Shown: in pieces, positions 9,678-20,346 of the stretch
Layout of the letters: every line of letters begins with the position of its first letter
Position numbering within the stretch: position 1 is the stretch's first letter
DNA from: Candidatus Eiseniibacteriota bacterium
GTDB lineage: Bacteria; Eisenbacteria; RBG-16-71-46
Length of the DNA stretch: 64,000 bases
NCBI GenBank assembly: GCA_041483195.1
Contig: JBGPFC010000008.1
Coordinates: 32,001 to 96,000, forward strand
Direction: 5' to 3'
Position numbers and translations under genes: made by a program
The notes under the pieces: generated by a model
Seen by the model: the letters and a program-made list of their open reading frames with translations, nothing else
What the model was told of the DNA's origin: nothing
The model's database searches: none

Positions 9678-11855
9678 CTAGCGCCGCCGTCCCCGGTCCC
9701 GGTCACGATCGCGGCCGCGATCGTGTTCCCGCTCGCGCCCGCCGCCCGCGCCGGCCCCGGCGGGGACGCCGCCCTCGGGCTCGGGCAGCAGCGCCTTGCG
9801 CGAGAGCTTGATCTTGCCGTCGCGGTCCACGCCGATCACCTTGACCATGACCATGTCGCCGACGTTCAGCACGTCTTCGGTACGGGCCACGCGATGGTGA
9901 TCGATCTCCGAGATGTGGAGCAGGCCGTCCCGGCCGGGCACGATCTCGACGAACGCGCCGAACGTCACGACGCTGCGCACCTTGCCCGTGTACACGCGGC
10001 CGGGCTCGGGATCTTCTGTGATGTTGCGGATCATCTCCTCGGCGCGACGGCCTCCCTCGCCGTTGACGGCCGCGATCCGCACCTCGCCGCTGTCCTCGAT
10101 GTCGATCTGGGTCCCGGTCTCCTCGGTGATGCGCTTGATGATCTTGCCGCCCGGGCCGATGACTTCGCGGATCTTGTCGGGGTTGATCTGCACGATGATG
10201 ATGCGCGGCGCGTACGGGGACATCTCGGCCCGCGGCTTCGGCAGCGCCTGTTCCATGAGCCCGAGGATGTGGAGACGGCCCTTGCGCGCCCGCTCCAGGG
10301 CGCTCGCGAGCACCTCGAACGAGATGCCACCGATCTTGGTGTCCATCTGGAACGCGGTCACGCCCTCCCGCGTGCCGGTGACCTTGAAGTCCATGTCGCC
10401 GAGATGGTCCTCGACGCCGAGGATGTCGGTCAGCACCGCGACGCGCTCGCCTTCCTTGATCAGGCCCATCGCGATCCCGGCCACCGGCGCCTTGATCGGC
10501 ACGCCGGCATCCATCAGCGACATGGAGCCCGCGCACACGGTCGCCATCGACGACGAGCCGTTCGACTCGAGGATGTCGCTCACGATGCGCAGGGTGTATG
10601 GGAAGTGGGTCTCCGCCGGGATGACCGGCTCGATCGAACGTTCCGCGAGCGCGCCGTGACCGATCTCACGCCGGCCCGGGCCCCGGATGGGCCGCACCTC
10701 GCCGACGCTGAACGGCGGGAAGTTGTAGTGCAGCATGTAGGACTTCCAGGACTGCCCCTCGAGTTCCTCGACGCGCTGCTCGTCGCTCTTGGTGCCGAGC
10801 GTGGCGACCGCTAGCGCCTGCGTCTCGCCGCGGGTGAAGAGACACGACCCGTGCGTGCGGGGCAGCACCCCGACCTCGACCGTGACCTTGCGGATGTCGT
10901 CGAGCCCGCGTCCGTCGGCGCGAATCCCCTCGCTCAACACCATGTTGCGCAACTCGTCGCGCTCGATGTCGTGCAGGAGCTTGCCGATGAACATCTCCTG
11001 CTCGGCGAAGCGTTCCTTGAGCGCGGCGATCGCCTCGACGGTGATGCGGTCCACTTCCTCCTGGCGCGCCTCCTTGCCGGGAATTCGGATCGCCTGCCCG
11101 AGCCGCTCGCGATAGCCCTGGGAGAGGGCGTCCTTGAGCGCGCCGGTGTCCGGAGGCGTGACGAGCGGGCGCTTGGGTTTGCCCGCCTTCGCGACCAGAT
11201 CCTTCTGGATCCCGACGATCGCGCGGATGTGGCCCGCTGCGAACTCGAGGGCCTCGATCAGCACGCTCTCCGGCAGCTCGCGCGTGCCGCCCTCCACCAT
11301 GATGATGTTGTCGGCCGTACCCGCCACTACCATGTCCATGTCGCTCTCGTCGAGCTGGCTGATGGTGGGGTTGACGACGAATGCCCCGTCCACGCGGCCG
11401 ACGCGCACGCCGGCGATGGGCTCTGGGAACGGAATGTCGGAAAGCGTCATGGCCGCCGAGGCCCCGATCAGCGCGAGCACGTCTGCGTCGTTCTGCTGGT
11501 CGGAGGAGACCACCGTCGCCATGATCTGCGTCTCGTACGGGAACTGCTTCGAGAACAGCGGGCGGATCGGGCGATCGATCAGCCGCGAGCTCAGCACTTC
11601 CTTCTCGGTCGGCCGGCCTTCCCGCTTGAAGAACCCGCCGGGGATCTTCCCGGCGGCGTACGTGCGCTCGCGGTAGTCCACGGTGAGCGGCACGAAATCG
11701 CGATTGGGGCTCGCCATCTTGGCCGCGCTCGCGGCCACCAGCACGACGGTTTCACCCAGTTGGACGACGGCGGATCCACCCGCCAGCTTGGCCAGCTTTC
11801 CAGTGCTGATACTGAGCGTCTGCCCACCGAGTTCCAGACTCACGTTTTGTTCCAT
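9678..11855 (-). CDS. pnp: Polyribonucleotide nucleotidyltransferase
   Basis: PGGFFKREGRP, RREIGHG, EDHLGDMDFKV, KH and S1 domains. Confidence 0.98.
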   Translation of the reverse strand: MEQNVSLELGGQTLSISTGKLAKLAGGSAVVQLGETVVLVAASAAKMASPNRDFVPLTVDYRERTYAAGKIPGGFFKREGRPTEKEVLSSRLIDRPIRPLFSKQFPYETQIMATVVSSDQQNDADVLALIGASAAMTLSDIPFPEPIAGVRVGRVDGAFVVNPTISQLDESDMDMVVAGTADNIIMVEGGTRELPESVLIEALEFAAGHIRAIVGIQKDLVAKAGKPKRPLVTPPDTGALKDALSQGYRERLGQAIRIPGKEARQEEVDRITVEAIAALKERFAEQEMFIGKLLHDIERDELRNMVLSEGIRADGRGLDDIRKVTVEVGVLPRTHGSCLFTRGETQALAVATLGTKSDEQRVEELEGQSWKSYMLHYNFPPFSVGEVRPIRGPGRREIGHGALAERSIEPVIPAETHFPYTLRIVSDILESNGSSSMATVCAGSMSLMDAGVPIKAPVAGIAMGLIKEGERVAVLTDILGVEDHLGDMDFKVTGTREGVTAFQMDTKIGGISFEVLASALERARKGRLHILGLMEQALPKPRAEMSPYAPRIIIVQINPDKIREVIGPGGKIIKRITEETGTQIDIEDSGEVRIAAVNGEGGRRAEEMIRNITEDPEPGRVYTGKVRSVVTFGAFVEIVPGRDGLLHISEIDHHRVARTEDVLNVGDMVMVKVIGVDRDGKIKLSRKALLPEPEGGVPAGAGAGGGREREHDRGRDRDRDRGRRR

Positions 11856-12041
11856 CTAGTCGTTCCTGTCCTCTCGCCTTCGGGTCCGGCCCTCGCCGGC
11901 CCCCTCCATCGGCCGCTCGCAGAAGCGAAGCAACGAGCGGCGTGTGCGGGAGATCTCCCCCCCGCGCGGTGGAACGCGACGTCTCCCGTGGAGGCGTCCC
12001 AGCGTTCCCTCGGTCCCGAGGTCGGGCCGAGATGGCCGGGC

Positions 12042-12106
12042 GCGGGACTCGAGCAGAATGCGGCATCGCACGCACGAGCGTGCTCCGCACCTCCTCGATG
12101 TCCCGC
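12042..12106 (-). promoter_or_regulatory. Long stem-loop in pnp 5' leader (candidate RNase III processing site)
   Basis: GCGGGAC-TCGAG..GAATGCGG pairs with CCGCACCTC-CTCGA-T-GTCCCGC within the 270-nt rpsO-pnp spacer. Confidence 0.5.
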
Positions 12107-12126
12107 CGCACGGCAAAAAACAGGAT

Positions 12127-12396
12127 CTAGCGCCGGAGGCCCAGATCCTTAACGACCTTGCGATAGCGATCGACCTTGGTGGCCTTCAGATAATCGAGCA
12201 GCCGGCGGCGCTGCCCCACCATGCGCAACAACCCACGACGCGAGGCGTGATCGCGCTTGTGCACCTTGAAGTGATCGGTGAGGTAATGGATCTTCTCGGT
12301 GAGCAGAGCGATCTGGACCTCGGGCGAACCCGAGTCCCCTTCGTGAATCTTGAACTTGCCGATGATCCCCTGCTTCTGCTCCTTGGAGAGCGTCAC
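12127..12396 (-). CDS. rpsO: 30S ribosomal protein S15
   Basis: [27 protein letters not shown] start after AGGAGG; 89 aa. Confidence 0.98.
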   Translation of the reverse strand: MTLSKEQKQGIIGKFKIHEGDSGSPEVQIALLTEKIHYLTDHFKVHKRDHASRRGLLRMVGQRRRLLDYLKATKVDRYRKVVKDLGLRR

Positions 12397-12508
12397 AGCG
12401 GTCACCTCCTGGCTGGTCGTGGGGATGCCATGCCGAGCCACCGAGTTCAGGCCCTCGGGTGGCCGAGCGTGATGGTCGTCAGTGCACCGATGTTCAGGGC
12501 GACGAAGG

Positions 12509-12517
12509 AATGTAGCA
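12509..12517 (-). promoter_or_regulatory. Extended -10 promoter element upstream of rpsO
   Basis: TGcTACATT on minus strand, ~110 nt upstream of rpsO start. Confidence 0.45.
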
Positions 12518-12580
12518 TCCGGGCGGGCGTGAAACCAAGCGGTTTCCCCTTGGGGCCCGCGGGGGCTCGCCGAACCGCGC

Positions 12581-13492
12581 TCAGCGCCGCGCCGCTTCCG
12601 CGCGCGAGAGAATGTTGCGCGCTTCGCTCACGTCCACCCGCATCGCGGCGACCAGCTGGGCCGTATCGTCGAAACGGCGCTCGGGGCGCAGCCACTCCAC
12701 GAACTCCACATCGAGATCGCGGCCCCGGAGGTCGCCGTTCCAATCGATCAGGTGCACCTCGAGCGTGCGCACCTGGCCCCCGAAGGTGGGGCGCACGCCG
12801 ACGCTCATAGCACCGGGCCGCCATTCCCGCTCGCCGCCGATGCGCGCGCGCACCGCGTAGATGCCGTAAGCGGGCACGAGTTTCTCATCGCTCAGCCGCA
12901 GATTCGCCGTGGGAAATCCCAGCGTGCGGCCGATCGCATCGCCGCTCACGACGGCACCCCCGAGCGAGTAGGGCCGGCCGAACAGCTTCGCGGCATCCGC
13001 GACCCGCCCCTCGCCGAGCAGCGCGCGGATGCGGGTGCTGCTCACGGCGGACCCGCCCATCTCGACCAGCGGCACCGCATCGACTTCGAACCCGCGCGTC
13101 GCTCCGATCTCGCGCAGTCGCTGGACGTTTCCCTCGCGCCTGCGTCCCAGCGCAAAGTTCTCGCCGACCACCAGCGCGAAGGGCCGGTACGGCGCCACCA
13201 GATGCCGTTCCACGAATTCTTCGGGACCGGTGGCCGCGAGCTCCCGGGTGAACGGCAGCACGACCAGCTCGTCGACTCCCAGCGCGCGCAGACGCTCGCG
13301 CTTCTCGGGCATGGGCGTGAGCGGAGGCTCCGCGCGGAAGTCCGGCCTGAGCACGAGGTCCGGATGCGGATCGAAGCTCAGGACGATGCAGCGCCCGCCC
13401 GCGGCGCGTGCCCGCGCGATCGCGCGCTCGAGGATCTGGCGGTGGCCGAGATGCACCCCGTCGAACACGCCGACCGAGAGGGCGGCGCTCAC
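12581..13492 (-). CDS. ribF: Bifunctional riboflavin kinase/FAD synthetase
   Basis: [29 protein letters not shown] overlaps truB stop. Confidence 0.96.
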   Translation of the reverse strand: MSAALSVGVFDGVHLGHRQILERAIARARAAGGRCIVLSFDPHPDLVLRPDFRAEPPLTPMPEKRERLRALGVDELVVLPFTRELAATGPEEFVERHLVAPYRPFALVVGENFALGRRREGNVQRLREIGATRGFEVDAVPLVEMGGSAVSSTRIRALLGEGRVADAAKLFGRPYSLGGAVVSGDAIGRTLGFPTANLRLSDEKLVPAYGIYAVRARIGGEREWRPGAMSVGVRPTFGGQVRTLEVHLIDWNGDLRGRDLDVEFVEWLRPERRFDDTAQLVAAMRVDVSEARNILSRAEAARR

Positions 13493-14490
13493 GCCCGCCC
13501 CTCGCGCACCGTCCATGGAAAGACCACATGCGGGCAGAGACGGATCGCTCCCGGTTCGTCCGGATCGAGCTCGAGCTCGCCCAGCGCGAGCGCCTCGCCC
13601 TCCGGCCCCCGCACGACCACGCTGCGCGGGCCCGCGGAGAGCGGCGCGTCGCCAGAGGCCTCGCGAGCGATCCGCGGGCGGCCGCCGAAGCCGACGGCCC
13701 CCGCCTGCTCGGCGTCGAGCGTCACGTGCGGGAGCGTGGCGAGGGCCAGATCGAGCGCGATGCCGCAGCGCTCCCATACCTCGTACGGCGAGAGCGTGTC
13801 GAGCTCGCGCAGCGTCACCGAACGCTCGAGCCCGAACGGTTCGCTGCGCAGCCGCCGCAGCGCGGCGAGCGCGGCCCCGGTGCCGAGTCGCTGACCCAGA
13901 TCGTGCACCAGCGTACGCACGTAGGTCCCGCCCGCGCAGCGCACGCGAAAGCTCGCGTCGGGCAGGGCGAACGCCAGCCACTCCCACGATTCGACCCGCA
14001 CCCGCCGCGGCGCGCGATCGACCGTCTCCCCGCGTCGCGCGAGACGATAGAGGCGCTGGCCCTGGACCTTGATCGCCGAAACCATCGGGGGCACCTGCTC
14101 GATGTCGCCCGTCAGCGTCAGCGCCGCCTCCCGAACCGCGGACGCCTGCACCGTGACCTCGTGCCGCTCGAGGACGGCCCCCGTCAAGTCCTGGCTGTCG
14201 GTCACGATCCCGAGCCGGAGCCTGCCCTCGTAGGTCTTCTCGCCGCCCTGCCACACCGAAGCGCAGCGCGTGGCGGCCCCGATCGCGACCAGCAGCAGTC
14301 CGCTCGCGGCGGGATCGAGCGTGCCGAGATGCCCCGCCCCCTTCGCCCGCAGGCGGCGCCGCACGCGCTCCACCACGTCGTGCGACGTGACGCCGGTCGG
14401 CTTGTCGATCGCGAGCAGCCCGGAGCGCGGGCGCGGGGCGTCCCCGGGCGGCGCGTCCGAACCCGTCACGCGCGCGCCGGCGGGCCTCAC
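13489..14490 (-). CDS. truB: tRNA pseudouridine(55) synthase
   Basis: IDKPTGVTSHDVV, GHLGTLDPAASG, GTYVRTL; start inferred from GTGA overlap with rbfA. Confidence 0.93.
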   Translation of the reverse strand: MRPAGARVTGSDAPPGDAPRPRSGLLAIDKPTGVTSHDVVERVRRRLRAKGAGHLGTLDPAASGLLLVAIGAATRCASVWQGGEKTYEGRLRLGIVTDSQDLTGAVLERHEVTVQASAVREAALTLTGDIEQVPPMVSAIKVQGQRLYRLARRGETVDRAPRRVRVESWEWLAFALPDASFRVRCAGGTYVRTLVHDLGQRLGTGAALAALRRLRSEPFGLERSVTLRELDTLSPYEVWERCGIALDLALATLPHVTLDAEQAGAVGFGGRPRIAREASGDAPLSAGPRSVVVRGPEGEALALGELELDPDEPGAIRLCPHVVFPWTVREGRA

Positions 14491-14858
14491 CGCTCCTCCT
14501 CGTCCTCGAGCGGCTCGCCGTGCTCGAGCCGGCGGAGGATCTCGTCCACCCGCGCGCCGCGCTCGACCGATTCGTCCAGGATGAATCGGATCTCGGGCAC
14601 CTCGCGCAGGCCGAGCCGCGGGCGCAGCTCGTGGCGCACGAATCCGGCGGCGCTCTTCAGCGCATCGAGCACCCGTTCGCGCTCGGCGCCGCTCTTGAGC
14701 GTGCTCACGTACACGCGCGCGAACGAGAGATCCTGGGTCACCTCGACGTCGGTGATGCTCACCATGTCGTCGAGCCTCGGATCGCGCAGGCGGCGCTCGA
14801 GAATGTCCGCGACCTCGCGCCGCATGAGCTGGGCGATGCGCTCCGGACGGATTCTCAT
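14487..14858 (-). CDS. rbfA: Ribosome-binding factor A
   Basis: ITDVEVTQDLSFARVY, LREVPEIRFILD; synteny. Confidence 0.96.
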   Translation of the reverse strand: MRIRPERIAQLMRREVADILERRLRDPRLDDMVSITDVEVTQDLSFARVYVSTLKSGAERERVLDALKSAAGFVRHELRPRLGLREVPEIRFILDESVERGARVDEILRRLEHGEPLEDEEER

Positions 14859-15136
14859 TGGAGTTCCTCCTGCCAGTCGACGAGCTGGGCGCCGGGGGCG
14901 CCCTCGACCAGATTGCGCACGGACTGGAGCATCTCGCCAATCTGGCGGCGCTCGCCCGAGATCACCGCGACACCGAGTGCCGCGCGTTGCCACAGATCCT
15001 GGTGATCCACCTCGGCGACCGCCGCATGGACGCGCTGGCGGATGCGCTCCTTCAGGGAACGCACGACCGATCGCTTGTCCTTGAGCGATGCGCTCCCGGG
15101 AAGGTGAAGCTCGATGCGGACGATGCCCACGAACAT
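14855..15136 (-). CDS. DUF503 (YlxP-like) protein
   Basis: MFVGIVRIELHLPGSASLKDKRSVV, AEVDHQDLWQR; lies between infB and rbfA. Confidence 0.9.
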   Translation of the reverse strand: MFVGIVRIELHLPGSASLKDKRSVVRSLKERIRQRVHAAVAEVDHQDLWQRAALGVAVISGERRQIGEMLQSVRNLVEGAPGAQLVDWQEELQ

Positions 15137-15156
15137 CGGCGCATGGGCCCGCGCGG

Positions 15157-17448
15157 CTACCCCAGCGTGCGGGCCATCTCCTCGATGGTGAAGGCCTCGA
15201 TGACGTCTCCGGTCCGGATATCGTTCATGCCTTCGAGCGAGATTCCGCACTCGAATCCGGTCGCGACTTCGCGGACGTCGTCTTTGAAGCGCTTGAGCGT
15301 GCCGATCCGGCCGGTCCACACGACGTCGCCGTCGCGGCGCAGCCGGACCTTCGCGGTGCGCGGCATGTTGCCGGACATCACCATGCATCCCGCCACCATG
15401 CCGGCCTTCGAGAGCTTGAACAGCTGGCGCACTTCCGCGGTCCCGAGCACGACCTCCCTGAGCTCGGGCTTGAGCAGACCCTCGAGCGCCTGCTTCACGT
15501 CCTCGACCGCCTTGTAGATGATGTCGTAGAGACGGATCTCGACCTTCTCGCGCTCCGCGAGTTCGCGCGCGCGGCTGTCGGGCCGCGCATGGAATCCCAC
15601 GATGATCGCGCCGGACGCCGCGGCGAGGAGCACGTCGGACTCCGTGATCTGGCCCACCGCCTGCCGGATGATGTGGATCTGCACTTCCTCGTTGCTGAGC
15701 TTGGTGAGCGATTCGGAAAGCGCCTCGACCGAACCGTCGACGTCGCCCTTGATGACGAGCTTGAGCTCGTTGAGCTCGCCCTGCGTCATCTGCGCGTAGA
15801 CATCGGTGAGCGCGATCGCCTTGGCCGCGCGGAACTCGTGCTCGCGGTGCAGCGCCTGGCGCTTGGTCGCGATCTCGCGCGCCTCGCGCTCGTCCTCGAA
15901 CGCCGCGAAGATGTCGCCGGCGGCCGGCGTGCCGCTCCAGCCCAGCACCTCGACCGGGGTCGAAGGGCCGGCGTCGCGCACCTGGCGGCCGCGTTCGTCG
16001 AACATCGCCCGCACCCGGCCCGAATGCTGGCCGGCGACGAACGCGTCGCCGACGTGCAACGTGCCGTTCTGCACCAGCATGCTCGCGACCACGCCGCGCC
16101 CCTGCTCGACGCGCGCCTCGAGCACCACGCCCTTGGCGCGGCGGTCCGGATCGGCCTTGAGATCGAGCAGCTCCGCGGAGAGCAGGATCATCTCGAGCAG
16201 CCGCTCCAGGTTCGTGCCCTTCTTGGCCGAGATCTCGACGCACACGTACTTGCCGCCGAACTCCTCGACCACCACGCCGTGCGCCGCGAGCTCCTGTTTG
16301 ACCAGGTCGGGCCGCGCGGCGGGGAGATCGATCTTGTTGATCGCGACGACGATCGGCACGTTCGCGGCCTTGGCGTGATCGATGGCTTCGATCGTCTGCG
16401 GCATCACGCGATCGTCGGCGGCGACGACCAGCACGACGATGTCGGTGACCTGCGCCCCGCGTGCGCGCATCGCGGTAAACGCCTCGTGGCCGGGCGTGTC
16501 GAGGAAGCAGATCTTCTGGCCACCCGGCAACTCGACGTCGTACGCCCCGATATGCTGCGTGATGCCGCCCGCCTCTCCGGCGATGACGTTGGTCTTGCGG
16601 ATGTGGTCAAGCAGCGACGTCTTCCCGTGGTCGACGTGGCCCATGACCGTCACCACCGGGGCGCGCTTGGACAGGTGTTCTTCCGACGCCGTCTCCTCCG
16701 GCGTTTCCTCTTCGACCCCGCCGTACTCCGACTGGAACTCCACGCCGAACCCGAACTCGTCGGCCACCGTGAGGATCGAGTCCTTGTCGAGGCGCTTGTT
16801 GATGGTCGCCATCAGCCCGAGGCGCATGCAGGTCGCGATGACCTCCTGCGGCTTCACTTCCATCAGGTTCGCAAGCTCCGCGACGGTGATGAACTCGGTC
16901 GCGCGGATGACCTTGGCCTCCTCGGCGACGGCCTCCCCGTTCTCGTCCTCGCGCCGGCGATGGCGGCGCCGCGCGCTGCCCGCATCGAGGCTGGCGAGCG
17001 TCTTGCGCACGCTGTCGATCACGAGCTTCTCGTCGACGACCTTCTTCTTCTTCCGGTCCCTGCGCCGCATGCCCCGCGGCTCCGCGGAACGCGCCGGCGG
17101 CGGCGCGGGGCGCGAGGCCGAGGCGGTCGCAGCGGGCGCGGGCGCCGGGCGGGCGGCGGCGGCCGCGGCCTGGGCGGCGAGCGCGGCGGCCGCGGCGCGA
17201 GCGCGTTCCTCACGCGCGCGCTGCAGCTCCTGCTCGTGCTTGCGCGCCTGCTCCTCGCGGACCACCGTCTTTTCCTGGGCCATTTCGGCCTGGACCTTCT
17301 GGACGGTCTCCGGGAGCAGCGTGCTCATGTGATTCTTCACCTCGACGCCGAGGCGGCGCACGATCTGGAGCACGGCCTCGCTCGACATGCCCAGTTCCTT
17401 CGCCACCTCGTACACACGAGGCTTCTTCGATTCGGTGGCCCTAGGCAT
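15157..17448 (-). CDS. infB: Translation initiation factor IF-2
   Basis: [22 protein letters not shown]-terminal [12 protein letters not shown] 17448 after GGAGAGG. Confidence 0.97.
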   Translation of the reverse strand: MPRATESKKPRVYEVAKELGMSSEAVLQIVRRLGVEVKNHMSTLLPETVQKVQAEMAQEKTVVREEQARKHEQELQRAREERARAAAAALAAQAAAAAARPAPAPAATASASRPAPPPARSAEPRGMRRRDRKKKKVVDEKLVIDSVRKTLASLDAGSARRRHRRREDENGEAVAEEAKVIRATEFITVAELANLMEVKPQEVIATCMRLGLMATINKRLDKDSILTVADEFGFGVEFQSEYGGVEEETPEETASEEHLSKRAPVVTVMGHVDHGKTSLLDHIRKTNVIAGEAGGITQHIGAYDVELPGGQKICFLDTPGHEAFTAMRARGAQVTDIVVLVVAADDRVMPQTIEAIDHAKAANVPIVVAINKIDLPAARPDLVKQELAAHGVVVEEFGGKYVCVEISAKKGTNLERLLEMILLSAELLDLKADPDRRAKGVVLEARVEQGRGVVASMLVQNGTLHVGDAFVAGQHSGRVRAMFDERGRQVRDAGPSTPVEVLGWSGTPAAGDIFAAFEDEREAREIATKRQALHREHEFRAAKAIALTDVYAQMTQGELNELKLVIKGDVDGSVEALSESLTKLSNEEVQIHIIRQAVGQITESDVLLAAASGAIIVGFHARPDSRARELAEREKVEIRLYDIIYKAVEDVKQALEGLLKPELREVVLGTAEVRQLFKLSKAGMVAGCMVMSGNMPRTAKVRLRRDGDVVWTGRIGTLKRFKDDVREVATGFECGISLEGMNDIRTGDVIEAFTIEEMARTLG

Positions 17449-18826
17449 TCGCCTCTCCATCGCTCGCCGCCGCGCTGCTCGCCGCCGGGGCGCCGGGCGC
17501 GTCCGCCGCCGGCCGCTCGGGCTCGGCGCCGGCTTCCATCTCCGGCGTGAACTCCATCTCGCCCGGCGCGTCGCTGGCGGGCGGGTGGGCGGCGACGTAC
17601 TCCTGGCCGACCGTCAGCAGCCGCTCGGCGGTCTTCTCGCCGATGCCCGGGATCTCGATCAGCTTCTCGAGCGGGGTCGCGAGCAGCTCCTGCACGGTCT
17701 CGATGCCGGCCGAGATCAGCTTCTCGGTGGTCGCCTCCCCGAGCTCGAGCTTCTCGACCTCGATGCGGCTGGCACGCTCGACGTCCTGGCGCTTCTTCTC
17801 GTCGCTCTTCGAGATCAGGTCGATCTTCCAGCCGGTGAGCCGCGCCGCGAGGCGCGCGTTCTGCCCGCCCTTGCCGATCGCGAGCGACAGCTGATCGTCG
17901 GCGACCACCAGCACCATGCGCTTGTCGGGTTCCGAGACGCGCACGTCCATGACGCGCGCCGGCGACAGCGCGCGCGACACGAACACCGCCGGATCCTGCG
18001 ACCACGGCACGATGTCGATGCGCTCGCCGCCAAGCTCGCGCACGATGCTCTGCACCCGCGAGCCCTTGAGCCCCACGCACGAGCCGACGGCGTCCACGCG
18101 CGGGTCGGTCGAGTACACCGAGATCTTCGAGCGGGATCCCGCCTCGCGCGCCACCGCCTTGATCTCGACGATGCTGTCTGCGATCTCGGGCACCTCGCCC
18201 TCGAACAGGCGGCGCAGGAAATCGGGATGGGTGCGCGAGAGGATGACCTGCGGACCCTTGACCGACTTGTCGACAGCGATCACAACGGCCCGGACGTAGT
18301 CCCCCTGGCGGTGGTACGACCGCGGAATCTGTTCGCGCGCGGGGAGGAAGCCCTCGGAGTGGTCGAGCTTCACGATCACGTTGCCGCGATCCACCTGCTG
18401 GACGACGCCGCGCACCAGCGTTCCGATCTTGTCGGAGTACTCGCGGAACACCCGCTCGCGCTCCGCCTCGCGCACGCGCTGGATCAGCACCTGCTTCGCG
18501 GTCTGCACGGCGTTGCGGCCGAATTCGGCGATCGCCAGCGGGAAGGTGAGCACCTCGCCGACCCGGACGTCGGACTTGTAGGCGCGCGCCTCTTCGACGG
18601 TCATCTGCACGGCGGAGTCCTCGACGGTCTCGACCACAACGCGCCGGATCGCGACGCTGATCGCGCCGGTCTCGTTCGCGAACTTGACCTCGACGTCCGC
18701 GGTGGGCCCGTACTTCTTCCGCACCGCGCTCGCGAGCCCGGCTTCGAGGGTCTCCACGAGCAGCGCCCGATCCACGCTCTTCTCGCGCGTGATCTGGCTC
18801 AGGGCGTCCAGGATTTCGTTGTTCAT
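17441..18826 (-). CDS. nusA: Transcription termination/antitermination factor NusA
   Basis: ILSRTHP, AREAGSRSKI, LSLAIGKGGQNARLA; ATG overlaps rimP stop. Confidence 0.97.
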   Translation of the reverse strand: MNNEILDALSQITREKSVDRALLVETLEAGLASAVRKKYGPTADVEVKFANETGAISVAIRRVVVETVEDSAVQMTVEEARAYKSDVRVGEVLTFPLAIAEFGRNAVQTAKQVLIQRVREAERERVFREYSDKIGTLVRGVVQQVDRGNVIVKLDHSEGFLPAREQIPRSYHRQGDYVRAVVIAVDKSVKGPQVILSRTHPDFLRRLFEGEVPEIADSIVEIKAVAREAGSRSKISVYSTDPRVDAVGSCVGLKGSRVQSIVRELGGERIDIVPWSQDPAVFVSRALSPARVMDVRVSEPDKRMVLVVADDQLSLAIGKGGQNARLAARLTGWKIDLISKSDEKKRQDVERASRIEVEKLELGEATTEKLISAGIETVQELLATPLEKLIEIPGIGEKTAERLLTVGQEYVAAHPPASDAPGEMEFTPEMEAGAEPERPAADAPGAPAASSAAASDGEANA

Positions 18827-19311
18827 CGAGCTCTCCCCCGCGAGCGCACGGCGCTCCACGGATCCACGACCAGGCGTGCCGACTTGACCTCGGCCCACTC
18901 GAACCACGTCACGATGCCGTCTTCCATCCGGATTCCGGCGCGACTGTCGTCGGGCGCGAGCAATTCGCCTTCGAAATTGCGCCGCCCGCCGCGCGCCTCG
19001 CGCAGCTCCACCGCCGCACGCTGTCCAGCAAACCGTGCGATCGCATCGAGCGTCCGCAACGGCCGATCCATACCGGGAGAGCTGACCTCCAGATCGTAGC
19101 TCCCCGGCATGGTCTGGTTCATTTCCAGACAATCCGACAGCCGCCGGCTGAACGCCGCGCAGTCGCCGACCGTAACCCCTCCGGGCTTATCGAGCAGCAC
19201 CCGGATGACCCGGCGCGAACCGCGGACGGCGAACTCGACGTCGACGAGCTCGATCCCCGACTCTTCGGCCAGCGGTCCCGCCAGCTGGCGAACCTCTTCT
19301 CGGACTTCCAA
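18823..19311 (-). CDS. rimP: Ribosome maturation factor RimP
   Basis: YDLEVSSPGMDRPL; TTG start; first gene of the nusA operon. Confidence 0.95.
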   Translation of the reverse strand: MEVREEVRQLAGPLAEESGIELVDVEFAVRGSRRVIRVLLDKPGGVTVGDCAAFSRRLSDCLEMNQTMPGSYDLEVSSPGMDRPLRTLDAIARFAGQRAAVELREARGGRRNFEGELLAPDDSRAGIRMEDGIVTWFEWAEVKSARLVVDPWSAVRSRGRAR

Positions 19312-19329
19312 TTTCGCTCCCGCACCGAC

Positions 19330-19361
19330 AAAAAACGGAGTGGTCGCGCCAGCCCCACTCC
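19330..19361 (-). terminator. rimP-leader-type attenuator hairpin with U tract
   Basis: Minus strand GGAGTGG-N11-CCACTCC-GTTTTTT just upstream of rimP. Confidence 0.7.
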
Positions 19362-19428
19362 TGGCGGCCAGAGTACATGAATCTGGCCAGGAACGGCAAG
19401 TGCCAACCCCCCTGGGCCGGGGAGGCCC

Positions 19429-20340
19429 CTAGCGGCGCGCCAGCGCGCTACGGTAGACGAGCCAGATCGCCACCCGGGACACTTCGGCGAGGCTCGCCGC
19501 CGAGGTCTGGTCGGGCAGATCCAGGTGCGTGTGCCAGGCGGGGTAATCGAAGTCGATGATGTCGACGGCGGGCAGCCCGCGCTCCAGCAGCGGGATATGG
19601 TCGTCGGTCAGCGCGTGCCGGGGCTCCGCATGGAAGTCGTGCGCGGCCGTCGCGCGTGCCCCTTCCAGCACCAGTGCCACCAGATTCGACGCGCGCTCGG
19701 CCGACTGCACCTCGGGGTAGATGGCCAGGTCGCGGTCCCCGACCATGTCGAACAGGAACGCGGCGAGCGGCCGGCCGGCGGCGCCGGCTGCTGGGAGCCG
19801 GGCCGCGTAGCCGCGCGCGCCGAGGCAGAATGCCTGCGGCTTCGTCGCCTCGCCCTGATCCTCGCCATCGAAGAACACCAGGTCGACGCCCCGCGCGGGT
19901 GGACGAAGGTGCATCGCCTCCGCGACCTCGAGGAGAACGGCGACGCCCGATCCGCCGTCGTTCGCTCCGGGCAGCGGGTCACGCCGATGCCCGGGGTCCG
20001 GATCCTGATCGCACCACGGCCGCGTGTCGTAGTGCGCGCACAGCGCGACGCGTCGACCGGCATCGGGTCCGAAGCGCGCGATGAGATTGCAGAGCTCGAT
20101 CGGCCGTCCGAGCGTCGAGTCGATGAACGCCTGCCGCTCGATCCGCCCGCCGAGGCGCTGAAGCTCGCCCACCAGCCATTCGACGGCGGCCGCGTGCCCC
20201 GCGCTTCCCGGAACGCGCGGCCCCATCTCGACCTGGTGCACGATCCGGCCCTGCGCTCGCGCGCCGTCCGCGACGATGGGGGCCGAGCACGAGCCGAGCG
20301 TGAGCGGGATCAGCGTGAGGCACAGCAGGATCGATCTCAT
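19429..20340 (-). CDS. M28-family lipoprotein, glutaminyl cyclase-like
   Basis: Lipobox LTLGSC; AHYDTRP, GANDGGSG, FFDGED, DMVGD, DDH, WHT motifs. Confidence 0.8.
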   Translation of the reverse strand: MRSILLCLTLIPLTLGSCSAPIVADGARAQGRIVHQVEMGPRVPGSAGHAAAVEWLVGELQRLGGRIERQAFIDSTLGRPIELCNLIARFGPDAGRRVALCAHYDTRPWCDQDPDPGHRRDPLPGANDGGSGVAVLLEVAEAMHLRPPARGVDLVFFDGEDQGEATKPQAFCLGARGYAARLPAAGAAGRPLAAFLFDMVGDRDLAIYPEVQSAERASNLVALVLEGARATAAHDFHAEPRHALTDDHIPLLERGLPAVDIIDFDYPAWHTHLDLPDQTSAASLAEVSRVAIWLVYRSALARR

Positions 20341-20346
20341 GGGACC

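Noticed and set aside
17060..17230. Ala/Pro low-complexity stretch in IF-2
   Set aside because: Ordinary variable N-terminal linker
15088..17550. 820-aa ORF on + strand
   Set aside because: Antisense shadow of infB
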